A stretch of DNA of 64,000 nucleotides from Mesotaenium endlicherianum (taxonomy: Eukaryota): the NCBI GenBank assembly GCA_009602735.1, contig WELA01002990.1, forward strand, positions 1 through 64,000. Direction: 5' to 3'. A program made the position numbers and the translations under genes. Below the pieces are notes generated by a model, which saw nothing but the letters and a program-made list of their open reading frames with translations, made no database searches and was not told the origin of the DNA. Numbering within the stretch: the first letter of the stretch is position 1; each line of letters opens with the position of its first letter. Positions 26,805-38,930 of this stretch are shown one piece after another.

Positions 26805-29800
26805 GCCAGGAGCCTACCACCCCAAGACCCACTTCACGAGAAGGCAACACGCCAAGTGAGGTGGAGACCCCCGTTGAAGACGACGTTCCAGCCCCAATGA
26901 GTTTGAGAGGTTACCTTGGAGGAGAGAAGGTCCACATCTTGGTGGATAGCGGAGCTCAAGGCAACTTCATTGCTGCAGATTTTGCCACCAAGCACGGTAT
27001 TACTATGCGAACTCTTGACCACGACGAGGAGATTATGATGCCCGATGGATTCTCCTATACTACCCCTTCCAAGAAGACGTACCCCTTGGCACTCTCTATC
27101 AAGTCCTTCAAGGATAGAGTAGTGTTCTCCCCCATGCAATTGGGCAAGTACGACGTCATCCTAGGGACGCCTTGGTTGACCAAGCACAACCCCCAAGTTG
27201 ATTGGAGGACCGGTACTATCAAGATCAAGAATGACATCACTTCAAGAATCTGTATTTTGCGCGCAATCCAGAATATCCAGACCCAAGACATCCAGAAGCC
27301 GGCACACGAGATACTATTGTCCGCCCTCCAACTCAAGAGACTTGTGAGGAAGGGACACGAGCTTCTTTTGGCCTTGATCACGCCAAAAGACATCAAGAAA
27401 GACATCGAGAGTCAAGAAGGCAGCCCCGTTCCCAAGGAGATACAAGAAGTCTTTGAGGACTACAAAGAAGTGTTCTCCCCGGAATTGCCCAAGGGCCTAC
27501 CCCCCAAAAGATTCGTAGACCACAAGATAGAGTTGGAGCCCGGAAGCAAGCCCATCTCTCGGCCTACGTTCAAAATGTCATACACGGAGCTAGACGAAGT
27601 CAAGAAGCAAATCAAGGAGCTACTGGAGCATGGCTTCATTCGACCTAGCAAGTCGCCATTTGGAGCCCCGGTGCTATTTGTCAAGAAGAAAGATGGTACC
27701 TTGAGGATGTGTGTGGACTATCGCGCCCTCAACAAGATCACCATCAAGAATCGATACCCGCTGCCGCGCATGGATGAGCTCATGGACCGGCTGGTTGGAG
27801 CCAAGTACTTCACGAAGATTGACTTACGGAGCGGCTACCACCAGATTCGCATCGCAGAACCGGACATAGAGAAGACGGCATTCAGGACAAGATATGGACA
27901 TTTTGAGTTCATGGTCCTGCCATTTGGACTCACCAACGCGCCAGCAACTTTCATGACTATGATGAACACCATATTTCAGCCCATGTTGGACAGATTTGTG
28001 GTGGTATTCATCGATGACATCCTTATCTACAGCAAGACCCTTGAAGAGCATGCGAGACACTTGAAAGAAGTCCTTGAAGTATTGAAGCAAAACAAGCTGT
28101 TTGCGAAGGAGTCAAAATGCGAGTTTGCCAAACAAGAAGTGGAGTTCCTAGGTCTCCACGTGACTGCTGATGGCATCAAGATAGACCCCAAGAAGACCAC
28201 GGTGGTGGAGGAATGGCCAACCCCCACGACCAAGAAAGAACTCCAGTCATTCTTGGGATTTGCCAATTGGTACAGAAAATTCATCCAAGGCTTCTCGCAC
28301 ATAGCAGCCCCCCTGACAGATCTACTCAAGAAGGACAGGCTATATACATGGACCGAGAAAGAGGAAGAGGCATTTCAAGAGTTAAAGCGAAGATTGACCA
28401 CATCCCCGGTGCTCACACTCCCAAGTCCAAACCCAGATTGGCCCTTCCACGTCATCACCGATGCATCTTCCTATGCAATAGGAGCAATCCTGCTTCAAGA
28501 CCAAGGCAAGGGACTGCAGCCCATCGCCTACGAGTCAAGGAAGCTAAATCCAGCCGAGCAAAATTATACAACCACGGAGCGAGAGGCATTGGCGATTGTA
28601 CATGCCTTGAAGGTTTGGCGCTGCTACGTTGAAGGACGCAAAGTACTGGTCACCACGGACCACGAGGCGTTAAAGCACCTCCAAACGCAGCCGTATCTCT
28701 CAAGGAGACAAGCAAGATGGAGCGGATACTTGCAACAATACAACATCACGATTCAGTACCAGCCCGGCAAGACAAACCCGGCTGACCCCCTCTCAAGACT
28801 GCAATTAAATGCAGTGATGGTATCCCTGAAGACAGATCTGGAAGCTCGATTTTCAGCCGCCTATGAAAGAGACCCTTACTACAAGAACGGAGAAGCAGCC
28901 TTGGACCCATGCAAGAAGCAAGAAGGCAATTATTGGGTGAGGCAAGATACGGGCCAGAGATGTGTTCCTAATGACTTAGACCTCCGGCTCTTGCTTCTAC
29001 GAGAAGCACACGACAACCCTCTTGGAGGACACTTTGGAATCCTAAGGACCACGGGCGTTCTAGCTAGGACTTATTGTTGGCCAGGCATGTCTAAGCAAGT
29101 CAAGGAGTACTGCAGGAGCTGTGACACATGCCAAAGAATCAAGCCATCATCGCAAAAGGCGGGAGGACTCCTCCAACCACTACCAATCCCCGAAAGACAA
29201 TGGACGGACATCTCAATGGACCTTATCGTGGACTTGCCCGTGACACCTCGAGGCCATAATGCAATACTCACGGTGGTGGACAGACTTACCAAGATGGCTC
29301 ATTTTATTCCCACGACGACTAAGGCTACAGCACCACAACTTGCAAGACTCATCTTTGACAACATCTTCCGACTCCATGGACTACCATCAAGAATTGTGTC
29401 AGATAGAGATCCAAGATTCACAAGCCATTTCTGGAAAAATCTCTTCAAGAACTTGGGTACATCGCTGGATATGTCTACTGCCTACCACCCACAATCAGAT
29501 GGGCAAACCGAGCGTATGAATCGTACCCTAAAGACCTCTCTAAAGGCCTACGTGTCTACCCTCGAGCAAGACTGGGACATGTACTTGACCCCCCTCGAGT
29601 TTGCCTACAACAACACTACGCAGGCCTCTACCCAAGAGTCCCCATTCTTCCTCAACTATGGCTTCCATCCGACCACGCCACTGAGCTTCACGGCTGGCCA
29701 TGATGAAGTACCTGCAGCCACAGATTTTATGGAGACATTAGAAGCAGCCCTTACAGCAGCGAAGAAAGCTCTACAACACGCGCAAGATGCTCAAGCAAGA

Positions 29801-30391
29801 GTGGCGAACAGATCCAGAAGAGAAATTACGTACAGAGTGGGTGACAACGTGTTACTATCATCCAAGAACATTTCCCTGAACAACAGGCCTGCCGGCAGCA
29901 AGTTCTCTCCCAAGTATTTGGGACCCTTCAAGATTATCCAGCAAGTCAACCCCGTTGCTTTCAAGCTAGAACTTCCCCAGACTATGCACATCGACCCCGT
30001 ATTCCACGCTTCCCTCTTCAAGCCATATGTGCAACCCGACAACAAGTTCCCAGGACGTGTGACAACCCCACCAGCCCCAACAATAGTGGATGATCATTTG
30101 GAGTACGAAGTGGAAGACATAGTGGCTATGAGAAATTTCAGGAGACAGCAGCAATACTTGATCAAGTGGAAAGGATATCCAGATTCGGAGAATAGTTGGG
30201 TGGCGGCGCACTACCTTGACAAAGTTCAGAGAAAGTTGAAGCGCTTCCATGCCGCCAACCCCCATCTTGGACCAGCCCCAAGTCTCTCTACTAGAAGCCC
30301 GAAGACTTCAGGGAGGCAGCCTGCCACCATCAAGAAGCAGCAGAAGACCCCTTGGAGGCAGCCTGCAAGAACAAGAAAGAGGAAAAATTGA
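26726..30391 (+). CDS. pol: Pol polyprotein (PR-RT-RNase H-integrase-chromodomain), -1 frame relative to gag
   Basis: LVDSGA protease, LPFGLTNAP / FIDDIL RT, TDAS RNase H, HHCC plus DDE integrase, GPF motif, and chromodomain YEVEDIV...[15 protein letters not shown]. Probably entered by frameshift at ~26789 rather than by the annotated start. Confidence 0.98.
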   Translation: MLLLQGKGPSCTFMPQKVVKKRTAPVGQEPTTPRPTSREGNTPSEVETPVEDDVPAPMSLRGYLGGEKVHILVDSGAQGNFIAADFATKHGITMRTLDHDEEIMMPDGFSYTTPSKKTYPLALSIKSFKDRVVFSPMQLGKYDVILGTPWLTKHNPQVDWRTGTIKIKNDITSRICILRAIQNIQTQDIQKPAHEILLSALQLKRLVRKGHELLLALITPKDIKKDIESQEGSPVPKEIQEVFEDYKEVFSPELPKGLPPKRFVDHKIELEPGSKPISRPTFKMSYTELDEVKKQIKELLEHGFIRPSKSPFGAPVLFVKKKDGTLRMCVDYRALNKITIKNRYPLPRMDELMDRLVGAKYFTKIDLRSGYHQIRIAEPDIEKTAFRTRYGHFEFMVLPFGLTNAPATFMTMMNTIFQPMLDRFVVVFIDDILIYSKTLEEHARHLKEVLEVLKQNKLFAKESKCEFAKQEVEFLGLHVTADGIKIDPKKTTVVEEWPTPTTKKELQSFLGFANWYRKFIQGFSHIAAPLTDLLKKDRLYTWTEKEEEAFQELKRRLTTSPVLTLPSPNPDWPFHVITDASSYAIGAILLQDQGKGLQPIAYESRKLNPAEQNYTTTEREALAIVHALKVWRCYVEGRKVLVTTDHEALKHLQTQPYLSRRQARWSGYLQQYNITIQYQPGKTNPADPLSRLQLNAVMVSLKTDLEARFSAAYERDPYYKNGEAALDPCKKQEGNYWVRQDTGQRCVPNDLDLRLLLLREAHDNPLGGHFGILRTTGVLARTYCWPGMSKQVKEYCRSCDTCQRIKPSSQKAGGLLQPLPIPERQWTDISMDLIVDLPVTPRGHNAILTVVDRLTKMAHFIPTTTKATAPQLARLIFDNIFRLHGLPSRIVSDRDPRFTSHFWKNLFKNLGTSLDMSTAYHPQSDGQTERMNRTLKTSLKAYVSTLEQDWDMYLTPLEFAYNNTTQASTQESPFFLNYGFHPTTPLSFTAGHDEVPAATDFMETLEAALTAAKKALQHAQDAQARVANRSRREITYRVGDNVLLSSKNISLNNRPAGSKFSPKYLGPFKIIQQVNPVAFKLELPQTMHIDPVFHASLFKPYVQPDNKFPGRVTTPPAPTIVDDHLEYEVEDIVAMRNFRRQQQYLIKWKGYPDSENSWVAAHYLDKVQRKLKRFHAANPHLGPAPSLSTRSPKTSGRQPATIKKQQKTPWRQPARTRKRKN
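26783..26818 (+). promoter_or_regulatory. Putative -1 ribosomal frameshift signal (A AAA AAC plus hairpin)
   Basis: Heptamer at 26783-26789 in correct gag phase within the gag/pol overlap. Stem GGTAGGC (26800-26806), loop CAGGA, GCCTACC (26812-26818). Confidence 0.8.
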
Positions 30392-31150
30392 CATTAGACA
30401 CTCTTCTCTTCTCGCAGTTTCTGGACAGAAAACTAAAACTGCTACTGGTAATAGGTCTCTGCATAATAAATTCTGAAAATTTACCTGGCTGTAGTCCATG
30501 AGTAGCCGGTCATTTAGAGTCCAAGTTTGCTCAATTTGGAGCACTGGTGAGAGAGATATGATGCTCTAAGTAGAAGGGGGTCAGGCTGCTGGCATTGTTA
30601 GGACAGAATATGCCTTCTGACATTGTGCCTTCCCCTGAACTTGGAATGCTCTGAAACTCAAGACTCTGGTAGAACATCTTACAGCGCCCAGTTTGAGACT
30701 TAGTTTGCAGAATTTGGAGAAGTATAGAAGGACTTATGATTTTCAGAAGTTTCTGCACAGATTTGGAGGAGTGCCTACTCTCTCAGCTCTCAACGACACT
30801 CCAGAAATGAGAATGCTCTCAAATTTGGTGACCCGGTAGAGTTCTCCGACGCGGTCCGTCTGGCACTCGAATTTTCAGATTTGGAGCAGTTCTGTGGCCG
30901 CTATGAATTTTTGAATTCGTGGCAGATTCTGGGCCAACTTGTACAATTTTCTTTATCATTAAGGAGTAGGCTAGCCAATAAGGTCACACCACCTACGACC
31001 TTGCCTAGTCTACCTTACATGTGTAGCACCTGACTTGGCGCCTTTGACTAGTCCTCTTCACATGTGTGGCATCTGACTTGAAACTGTTGACTAGTTTGCT
31101 CCACATGTGTAAGACCTGACTTGACGCGCCGAGACGTCGCTTTTTCTATC

Positions 31151-31160
31151 GGGGGGGTGA
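31151..31160 (+). promoter_or_regulatory. Polypurine tract of chromovirus copy 1
   Basis: GGGGGGGTGA directly before the 3' LTR, preceded by a T-tract. Confidence 0.9.
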
Positions 31161-31663
31161 TGTAGTGATTTGAGTTATTATATATTAGTTTGCATATATT
31201 TTAATGTTTTCAAATATATTTGGAGTAGTATTGTGTGGAGTCAAGTGTGAATAGGTACTCTAGTAACTTGGTTCATGTCCTTTGAACCTTCCAAGGCATT
31301 TTCGAAGTTAGAGGAAAGACCTAGAAGAACTCCATGTGGCAAAAGTCAAATGTGCCATTTTTAGGTCAAAAGGACATGTGTACATTATTCTAGAAAGAGG
31401 TGGCAAGTTTTGGGATGTGTTGGGTGCCAACACATCAACATACACCTTCCTAGAAATTACTTATGTAGCAAGTATATAAACAAGAGCTAGAACATAGAAA
31501 GACATTGGAGAATCACTCTTGTACTTGCCAAAATCCAGAAATATATTAACTTTCAAGAAGCCATCTCTCTTTCAAGAAGCTACCACTTGTGTTCAAAGAT
31601 CCTTGTCTTGAATAGATAAAGTATTCTGTTTTACTAAGTACTTTATCTATCTGTTTCACTACA
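31161..31663 (+). repeat. 3' LTR of chromovirus copy 1
   Basis: 503-bp direct repeat of 24984-25486, followed by the TSD. Confidence 0.98.
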
Positions 31664-32154
31664 AAAGTAGAACACCTTTTAGGGCTCACGGAGAACCTTT
31701 TTGTTTCACAATTTTTTATTTTATTACAGCACTAAGTCTTGAGCAAGTGGGGCATGAAGCGGCGCACCTTGCGAGCTGTCACTGCAACGATGTAGCACGG
31801 CATCATGAATTTTGGCTCATGATTTTTGGGAGTAAGTACATGCAGCAAGAGAGTTGGTGGGACAGTGTCTGTGTGAGGCCAGCCTCTTGCTTTGTTATAT
31901 GTGTACCTGTGTTGATGGACATGCGGAGCTCTCATAACCAAGGTATCATATATTTGGAGCTATCATACCTTTCCGACAGAGATCATTCTTTTCTTTCCTT
32001 TTTATTTTGTGTGTGTGTACACACATACCTTATTTTCAATTAAGCATACTATCGATCAGAAGGTACGTGGATGCAAGTACCTACACACGTGTACTCAGAT
32101 GTGCAAGTTTCTGATGTGCCATTTAGTTTTTGGTGTCACTTGTGCAAGAACCAG

Positions 32155-32410
32155 ACAAAATTTTTGGCAATACTAAAATCATTCTCTCCAAACGACTGCA
32201 ACAACACTAGGTGATGTGCAACAAGCTGCTACACATTATGTCGCAAGAGCCCGCCCCATATTGGCATGGGTAATATATTGTGCTGTAGCAAAGGCCTCCC
32301 CTCTCTCCTCCTTTCTCATGCACACATGCGGCATTGGCATGTGTGCAAGGGGAACAGAAGGGCCCCAATCATACCACGGTGGTGAACATTTTTGAGTACC
32401 GAAGCTCAAA
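32155..32410 (-). repeat. Short dispersed repeat, homolog of 3560-3810
   Basis: See 3560-3810. Confidence 0.75.
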
Positions 32411-33364
32411 CCATAGATCAGGTCAACATAGAGACTGCTTGCATACATTCTATACACGAATTGTGGCCACGGTGATTTTTATGAAGTATCGTACGTACAT
32501 CGTGAATTGTAATGACTGCCATTCATGATGTCCGATTTATCCAATATAATGGACACACGTTGGATAAGAATGTGTACATGGATTATTTCTTTAACAAATG
32601 CTTAATTGGAACAAGACTCAGTAAATGGTTCCACGTTCAAGCCTGGCGAAACAGCCATTTGCACTCGATAGAAGTTGATTAGTAACGTGATTTATGACAA
32701 TTTATCCAAATGGAAGTGACGGCGCTATTTATATGACGAGTTCAGATGGTGCGTCTCTCATGTACATGTCCAACACAGAAATGCAGGTGGACAACAATGT
32801 AAGTTGGAAACGGAAAAATGTCGAAATGGTTCGACGCCGTGTAACTGGACTTCTCCTTCCCGACCGTTGACAAACGATGCAAGAAAGCAGCTGACAGCAA
32901 AGCTTCGCGCGTGTAGCGAAGCCGGATCGACCCAATCGAAAACGACGGGCGACTCGAGAGTCACTTCCCTCACGGATATCATTCATGACCGATAGAAACC
33001 CGAAGTGCCCGAACGATGCAATGCAATGCAATGCATATGGATGCTTTGGAATGCAATGGGTGATATAGGTCCTCAATTACACTGTTGTTTGTCATGCAGA
33101 GCATATGCAGTGGCTTATCCCGACCGCGCCAACGTGCAGCAGTCGTTTCCCGCTCACTCTGTCTCCTGTTATCAAGAACTATGGACACTGCTGTTCGATT
33201 GCCTTCATGTGTTGCAGTATGAACGAGGTGCCCGACAGCTTAATGTGCAAAAGGAAGAAGTAAAGCTCATCTTCAAGCAAGATTTTCAAGGAGATGCTCT
33301 ACTTTTAGATTCCTCCAGCGCCATTAGTTCCTCCATAAGCACTTCCGTTTTTCTGCCCGTCTGA

Positions 33365-36300
33365 ATGGAGGCCCTTGGGTTGGCTCAGGAGGCAAATCTT
33401 TTACATTGTACAGCTAGCCACCACTGCTCTGATCGTAATTATGTCAGCATACTCTATCGCTCGACGTCATCCCGTACTCAAACACAAGGAGCTGGGTCGC
33501 GTGTAGCTTCCCTTAGCTTCAGAACCACCCATGGGACAAGAGGCTCTATGCTTGTTAGGGGAAGCCAATCCGCGAAACGTAGACATGCAGCATTGTGCGT
33601 CCCTTCGCCTGCCTCTACTGGTCGTGCTGACGGGCGGGCTCAGCCGGGTGGGATTGAGGGGAGGAACAATCACTTTTATTCCAGTTTGAGAGTGCCTGGG
33701 AGAAGGCCTCTGCAGAAGCAAAAGCGAAAGCTTTTGCAGGCCGGGTTTGGGGTTTGGGAGCATCCCTTGTGCGGCACCAGGGGACGTACGGGCCACGCTA
33801 CGAGCCGCTTGGACGCTTTCTCCCCAAGCAGGAAGCAGAAAAGGGCGAGGACGGCCTCAGACGAGCTGAAAAAGATCACGGAGGGAATCAGCTTTGAGAG
33901 TGGGGAGCAGCTGGACGGCCAGATGAGCAGCTATTGGAGAATCAACGGTCAGGGTGCCACTCCCGGACCATCTGGGAGTGCTGTTGCCCCAGAGCACAGC
34001 AGCAGTCAGAAGACTGACGGTGGAGATGCCGTCAATGGGATAGATGGAAGATCCTCGCCAAGTTTCAGGAGAGGGTACTCCGAAGATCTGGCGAGGATTG
34101 CGGTGACAGCTGGCAACCGCCCGGTGAAGGGTCCTGCTGTGTCCAGCTGGCCTGTTGCTGACAGAAGCACCCCCGATTCCACCCCCGTCACATCCCCCCT
34201 GGTCTCAGGCTCGAGCATGTGTAGCCAGGGCGAGCCCCAGCAGAACGCCATTTGGTCCTTCCACTACCTCCCTGGGGAGGTCGACGAGAGGGGGCCGCGC
34301 GCCTGTCGTGGTGCTCCTCCTGCCACCTGGCGTGGTGATGGCGCTGCTGCTGCTGCTGCCAGCTGGCGCGATGCTGAGGTGTGGAAGGATGTGACTGAGA
34401 GGGACTTACTGGCCGGGGCGGAGGAGGATCCGGAACATCTGGGGCTGTGGCACTTCCACTTTGACGGGGAAGTTCGGGCAGGGGGGGTGGCACCAAGGGC
34501 CGCACCCGCACGCAGCAGTAGCGGCGGCTCACCGGCAATTCCGGGCACCTCGAAAAGCCTTGCGAGCAGCGACGGGGCAGCTTGGGAAAAGCTGAGGCCC
34601 CGGAGAGCTGCCGGGAGTGCTGAGGAGGGCTCCCCTCTAGCTCGACAACTGGCAGGCACAGAGGAGATGCGCGGCGGTGGAGAGAGCAACAACGGGGGGC
34701 GGGCAGAAGAGGAAGAAGCGGAGGGAGGTGAGGAGCAAGAGAGCTCTTGCGACGCCACCTGGACCAGCGCAGGCCGCAGAGGATCGAACGGCCACTACCC
34801 CCTAGCCACGGCAGACGGAGAGAGGCAGCACATTCTGAAGAGAAACTCGAAGAGAAAGGCCAGCGGAGCGAGCGCGGAGGGGGGCAGGGGGGGGACCAGT
34901 GAGGGAGTCAGTGGGACGATGTCCCTGGCCCCAGCAGCAGGGGAGGAGGAAGTGACAGCACAGCTTGCATCAGGCGGCAGCGGGGCTGGCGGGGGGGGCA
35001 GGGAGCGTTTGACGCGGGAGCAGAAGCGGGCGGCGGTGGAGCATGCGATCGACGGGGCCCTCGAGCCGGAGGCCTACCCGGGGGCATGGAGGGGGGGCCT
35101 GTCGGCGAGGGTGGCGGGCTTTGAGTCTGCGCTGGCGGCCGACGTGGGAAACAACGAGGTGGCGACGGCGCTGCGGCGCGCGCAGGTGGCGGTCGGGGAG
35201 TACTCCCAGGGCGTGGATGCCGCCCTGCGACAGGTGGCGGCGCTGCACGCGCGGCGGGAGCGCGTGGGGCGGCGGCTGCGCCTGGTGCCCACCCCGGGGG
35301 ACATTGATTGCTTGGAGGTGCGTGTGTGAATGGGCTTTCTTACAAAACGCTGTGCATTGCTCCTCTCTGACCCATGGCAAGCATGTTCATGGCCACAAGA
35401 GCGCCCTCGTTATGTCCATTCCCTTTTTTATGCGCGCGCTCACAGACACACGCACACACACACACGCACATGGACACACACCACTCACACACACATGCAC
35501 ACACTCTCATGCACACAGTACACACACACAAGCACACGCGCACACACACTCGTCACACTCCCATATATATGCACGTATAAATCGATCATGGATCGTGTAT
35601 ACATGCGTGCAATGTATATGTGTGTGTGCATCTCGCAGAAGTGTTTGCGCGCAGTTTCGTACCATGACATGTCATTTGTGACGTGCATATAGTGTACAGA
35701 CAAGTTCGTACACACACCCTCGTCAAGTGCGCATTTTTGTTCCCGTATTTGCTTCACATTCACGCAGATCTTAGCTCCTCTTCAATTTCCTGCCCATAGA
35801 ACATACCCACCTCCCCTCCCCCTCCCCCNNNNNNNNNNNNNNNNNNNNNNNNNNNNNNNNNNNNNNNNNNNNNNNNNNNNNNNNNNNNNNNNNNNNNNNN
35901 NNNNNNNNNNNNNNNNNNNNNNNNNNNNNNNNNNNNNNNNNNNNNNNNNNNNNNNNNNNNNNNNNNNNNNNNNNNNNNNNNNNNNNNNNNNNNNNNNNNN
36001 NNNNNNNNNNNNNNNNNNNNNNNNNNNNNNNNNNNNNNNNNNNNNNNNNNNNNNNNNNNNNNNNNNNNNNNNNNNNNNNNNNNNNNNNNNNNNNNNNNNN
36101 NNNNNNNNNNNNNNNNNNNNNNNNNNNNNNNNNNNNNNNNNNNNNNNNNNNNNNNNNNNNNNNNNNNNNNNNNNNNNNNNNNNNNNNNNNNNNNNNNNNN
36201 NNNNNNNNNNNNNNNNNNNNNNNNNNNNNNNNNNNNNNNNNNNNNNNNNNNNNNNNNNNNNNNNNNNNNNNNNNNNNNNNNNNNNNNNNNNNNNNNNNNN

Positions 36301-36559
36301 NNNNNNNNNNNNNNNNNNNNNNNNNNNNNNNNNNNNNNNNNNNNNNNNNNNNNNNNNNNNNNNNNNNNNNNNNNNNNNNNNNNNNNNNNNNNNNNNNNNN
36401 NNNNNNNNNNNNNNNNNNNNNNNNNNNNNNNNNNNNNNNNNNNNNNNNNNNNNNNNNNNNNNNNNNNNNNNNNNNNNNNNNNNNNNNNNNNNNNNNNNNN
36501 NNNNNNNNNNNNNNNNNNNNNNNNNNNNNNNNNNNNNNNNNNNNNNNNNNNNNNNNNNN

Positions 36560-36607
<48 letters not shown>

Positions 36608-37103
36608 TCATATCTATACATTTTTGGGGGGGGGCATATATGAGCAATCTCTGCAGGCCGCCATGTTCTCCGAGAGACCGTCAGAGCACCCTCAGGACCA
36701 CCTGTCAGGCTCTGGCTCTTTGCCCCCTGAGAGGATGGCAGCTGCCGAAAGCCCCACCAATGCAGCTGGCCCTCCAGGGATGCGCCAGCTGTCGCCCCGT
36801 GCAGCGTTCCACACGTTCTGCCTCTCGGCCATGGAGGCGGAGAGCAGCCTGCGTGTGCGGGCGGCGGTCGAGGCCTGCGCCGGGCGGCAGGACGAGAACC
36901 TCCAGGTGCATGTGAACAGGGCCTCCCGTGGCAAGATGGAGGCCCGCCTGGCGCTGCAGTCGCTGGCGCGCTGCCAGGTGGCGGCGGAGGCGGCGTGGCT
37001 GGCCAACGTGGACGCGAGCGCAGGCCACTTGGAGGCTCTGGCCGCGGTGGTGCTGCCCATCGAGAGGAGCTTTCTGGAGGAGCCTATCACTGTGTTAAAT
37101 TGA
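33365..37103 (+). CDS. Hypothetical host protein (~800 aa), at least 2 exons; low-complexity N-half, predicted helical Ala/Arg-rich C-half
   Basis: 1953-nt open exon 33365-35317 ending at donor GAG|GTGCGT (phase 0). Acceptor CTGCAG|36657 continues in phase 0 to stop 37103. GC-rich coding-like 3' part. The intron holds a 731-N gap that could hide exons. No family recognised. Confidence 0.7.
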
Positions 37104-38930
37104 TCGAGAACTCATCACTTCAGTAATTTATTCAGTAAGTCATACATCGTACATATATATGATATATTAGTCAACTAGTCATGCCACTACTTGATGTGTA
37201 CGATGGTCTGTCACTGGGGTACCACTAGCTATGTCTGAGAAAGTGGGGGGCCTATTTGCATTCCATTAGATTTTGGCAAGTCATACCGTCTCACACTGGT
37301 ACAGTAGTTTGTCACTGGGGCTGTCCCTGGCAGCGCTCGGCGGCACGCCTGTTATAGAGAAGGGGGCACGCACTCGCTGAAGCAGGCGACTTGTTTCCAT
37401 TCCCTAGGAAACTTGGTCCGTGCTAAAAGTCTTCCCCCAGCAGACGACGTGTAGTAGTCTTAATAGAAAGATCTTGCAGAATTTACCAAACAGCTCTATG
37501 CCGTCACCTGAGACTAGCCATGCCTGATAAAACTTACGACTACAAATTCTTTGCCCGGCTGTGGGCTGTGGGAGCACTGGCATTTATAAGTAGGCAGCGT
37601 CACATCTCATGAATAGCGCAATGTGAGTGTTTGCCAGACAGCCAGGTGACACTTAATTCGAGTGCATGTTCATTCGCAAATGGTTGATCAGGAATATTGT
37701 GCGCCTTTTGCTACTGTACTGTGATATCCCAGCTTCTCAAGCTGGAACACGCCGGGAAGTACTGCTTATGCTTGATTTAGTCAGCTAGCCTACCATATGG
37801 GCCAGCTAGCTCCACGCACCCGGGCTTTCATTCATATTAGCATCGCCCCGTGCTTTCATGCTTGGCTATATGCATGGTACTGACTGCACGTTGGAGGAGA
37901 CTGAACTTGAAAGTCACCACGCGCGGGGCCTGCAGGCCAGAATGCAGGCTACAGACGAGAATTGCCCAATTGGAACCTTAGTCTACATGTGGCATGCGTG
38001 TAATAACTACACAGGTTTCACGGAGATACGTCTTGTGCTCAACTCAAAGCACTACTTCATCAACTACGAATACTACTCTCCACAATTATAAGAGGCAGCT
38101 TGTGTGTCCAATAGATGAGCATGCAAATGCATGTACTTACTACATGGGCCACAAGCAGGCCTTTTATTGTGAAGAATTAACTTCTACCACACATTGCTTG
38201 CATTTATATCGTGGAATTGCAAAGCTACTCAGTTGCCTGACCAAGGATGTCAACAGGAGAGCGCGAACAGCACATGGGATCCCAATGATCTGGTTGACTG
38301 CGGCAGGATAGCAAAGAAGCAGATGTATATGAAAATGGCACGCAAACCCAACCTTGCAGCCTCCCTCACCTGAGTGTTACAGTGATATAGAAAAAAATAT
38401 ACAAACTATTGGCGAGGCTCCTCAAAGCTCCTCAAACTTACAAACAATACGTGCAAGCATATGCATCCACTCCTGAGTGGTGGAAGAGGAAAGAGAGGGA
38501 ATTCTTGCCCAGATCATTCTGCACACCAAAGTGCTTGTGAGGTTTCATATAACCGTGAAGTATGAGCATGTCCGTACAAAGAGATGAGCCATCCCCACTG
38601 GAGTAATGAGAAATAAATGGCACTACGCTCACGTAGGTACTGGGTGAAACAGCCATCCTCTCCAACATCGCATGCACCCACTTTTATCGCACTTAATGGG
38701 CCATCTACCTGCACGCACACCTGTCACCACCTGCTGCGCTGCTAGAATTCACTTGTAGTTTTGACTCCCCCCCTCCTAACTGCATGTGCAAAAGAACAAC
38801 ACACATCCTTCTTGAACGGTAACTCACAACCTACTTATGCTCTGTTAAGACAAAGCCACCTCTGCCTGCGTGCACACCTGTCACCACCTGCTGCGCCGCT
38901 AAAACCCCTTAATATCGACCTCCTCCCGGC

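Larger units (their letters stand above)
24984..31663 (+). mobile_element. Full-length intact Ty3/Gypsy chromovirus LTR retrotransposon, copy 1 (6680 bp)
   Basis: 503-bp LTRs (TGTAGTGA...TCACTACA), 5-bp TSD AAAGT (24979-24983 / 31664-31668), PBS, PPT, intact gag and pol with order PR-RT-RH-IN-chromodomain. Confidence 0.99.

Noticed and set aside
30531..30758. Antisense 75-78 aa ORFs in the chromovirus 3' UTR as an extra gene
   Set aside because: Short, no motif, and conserved only because the two copies are nearly identical.
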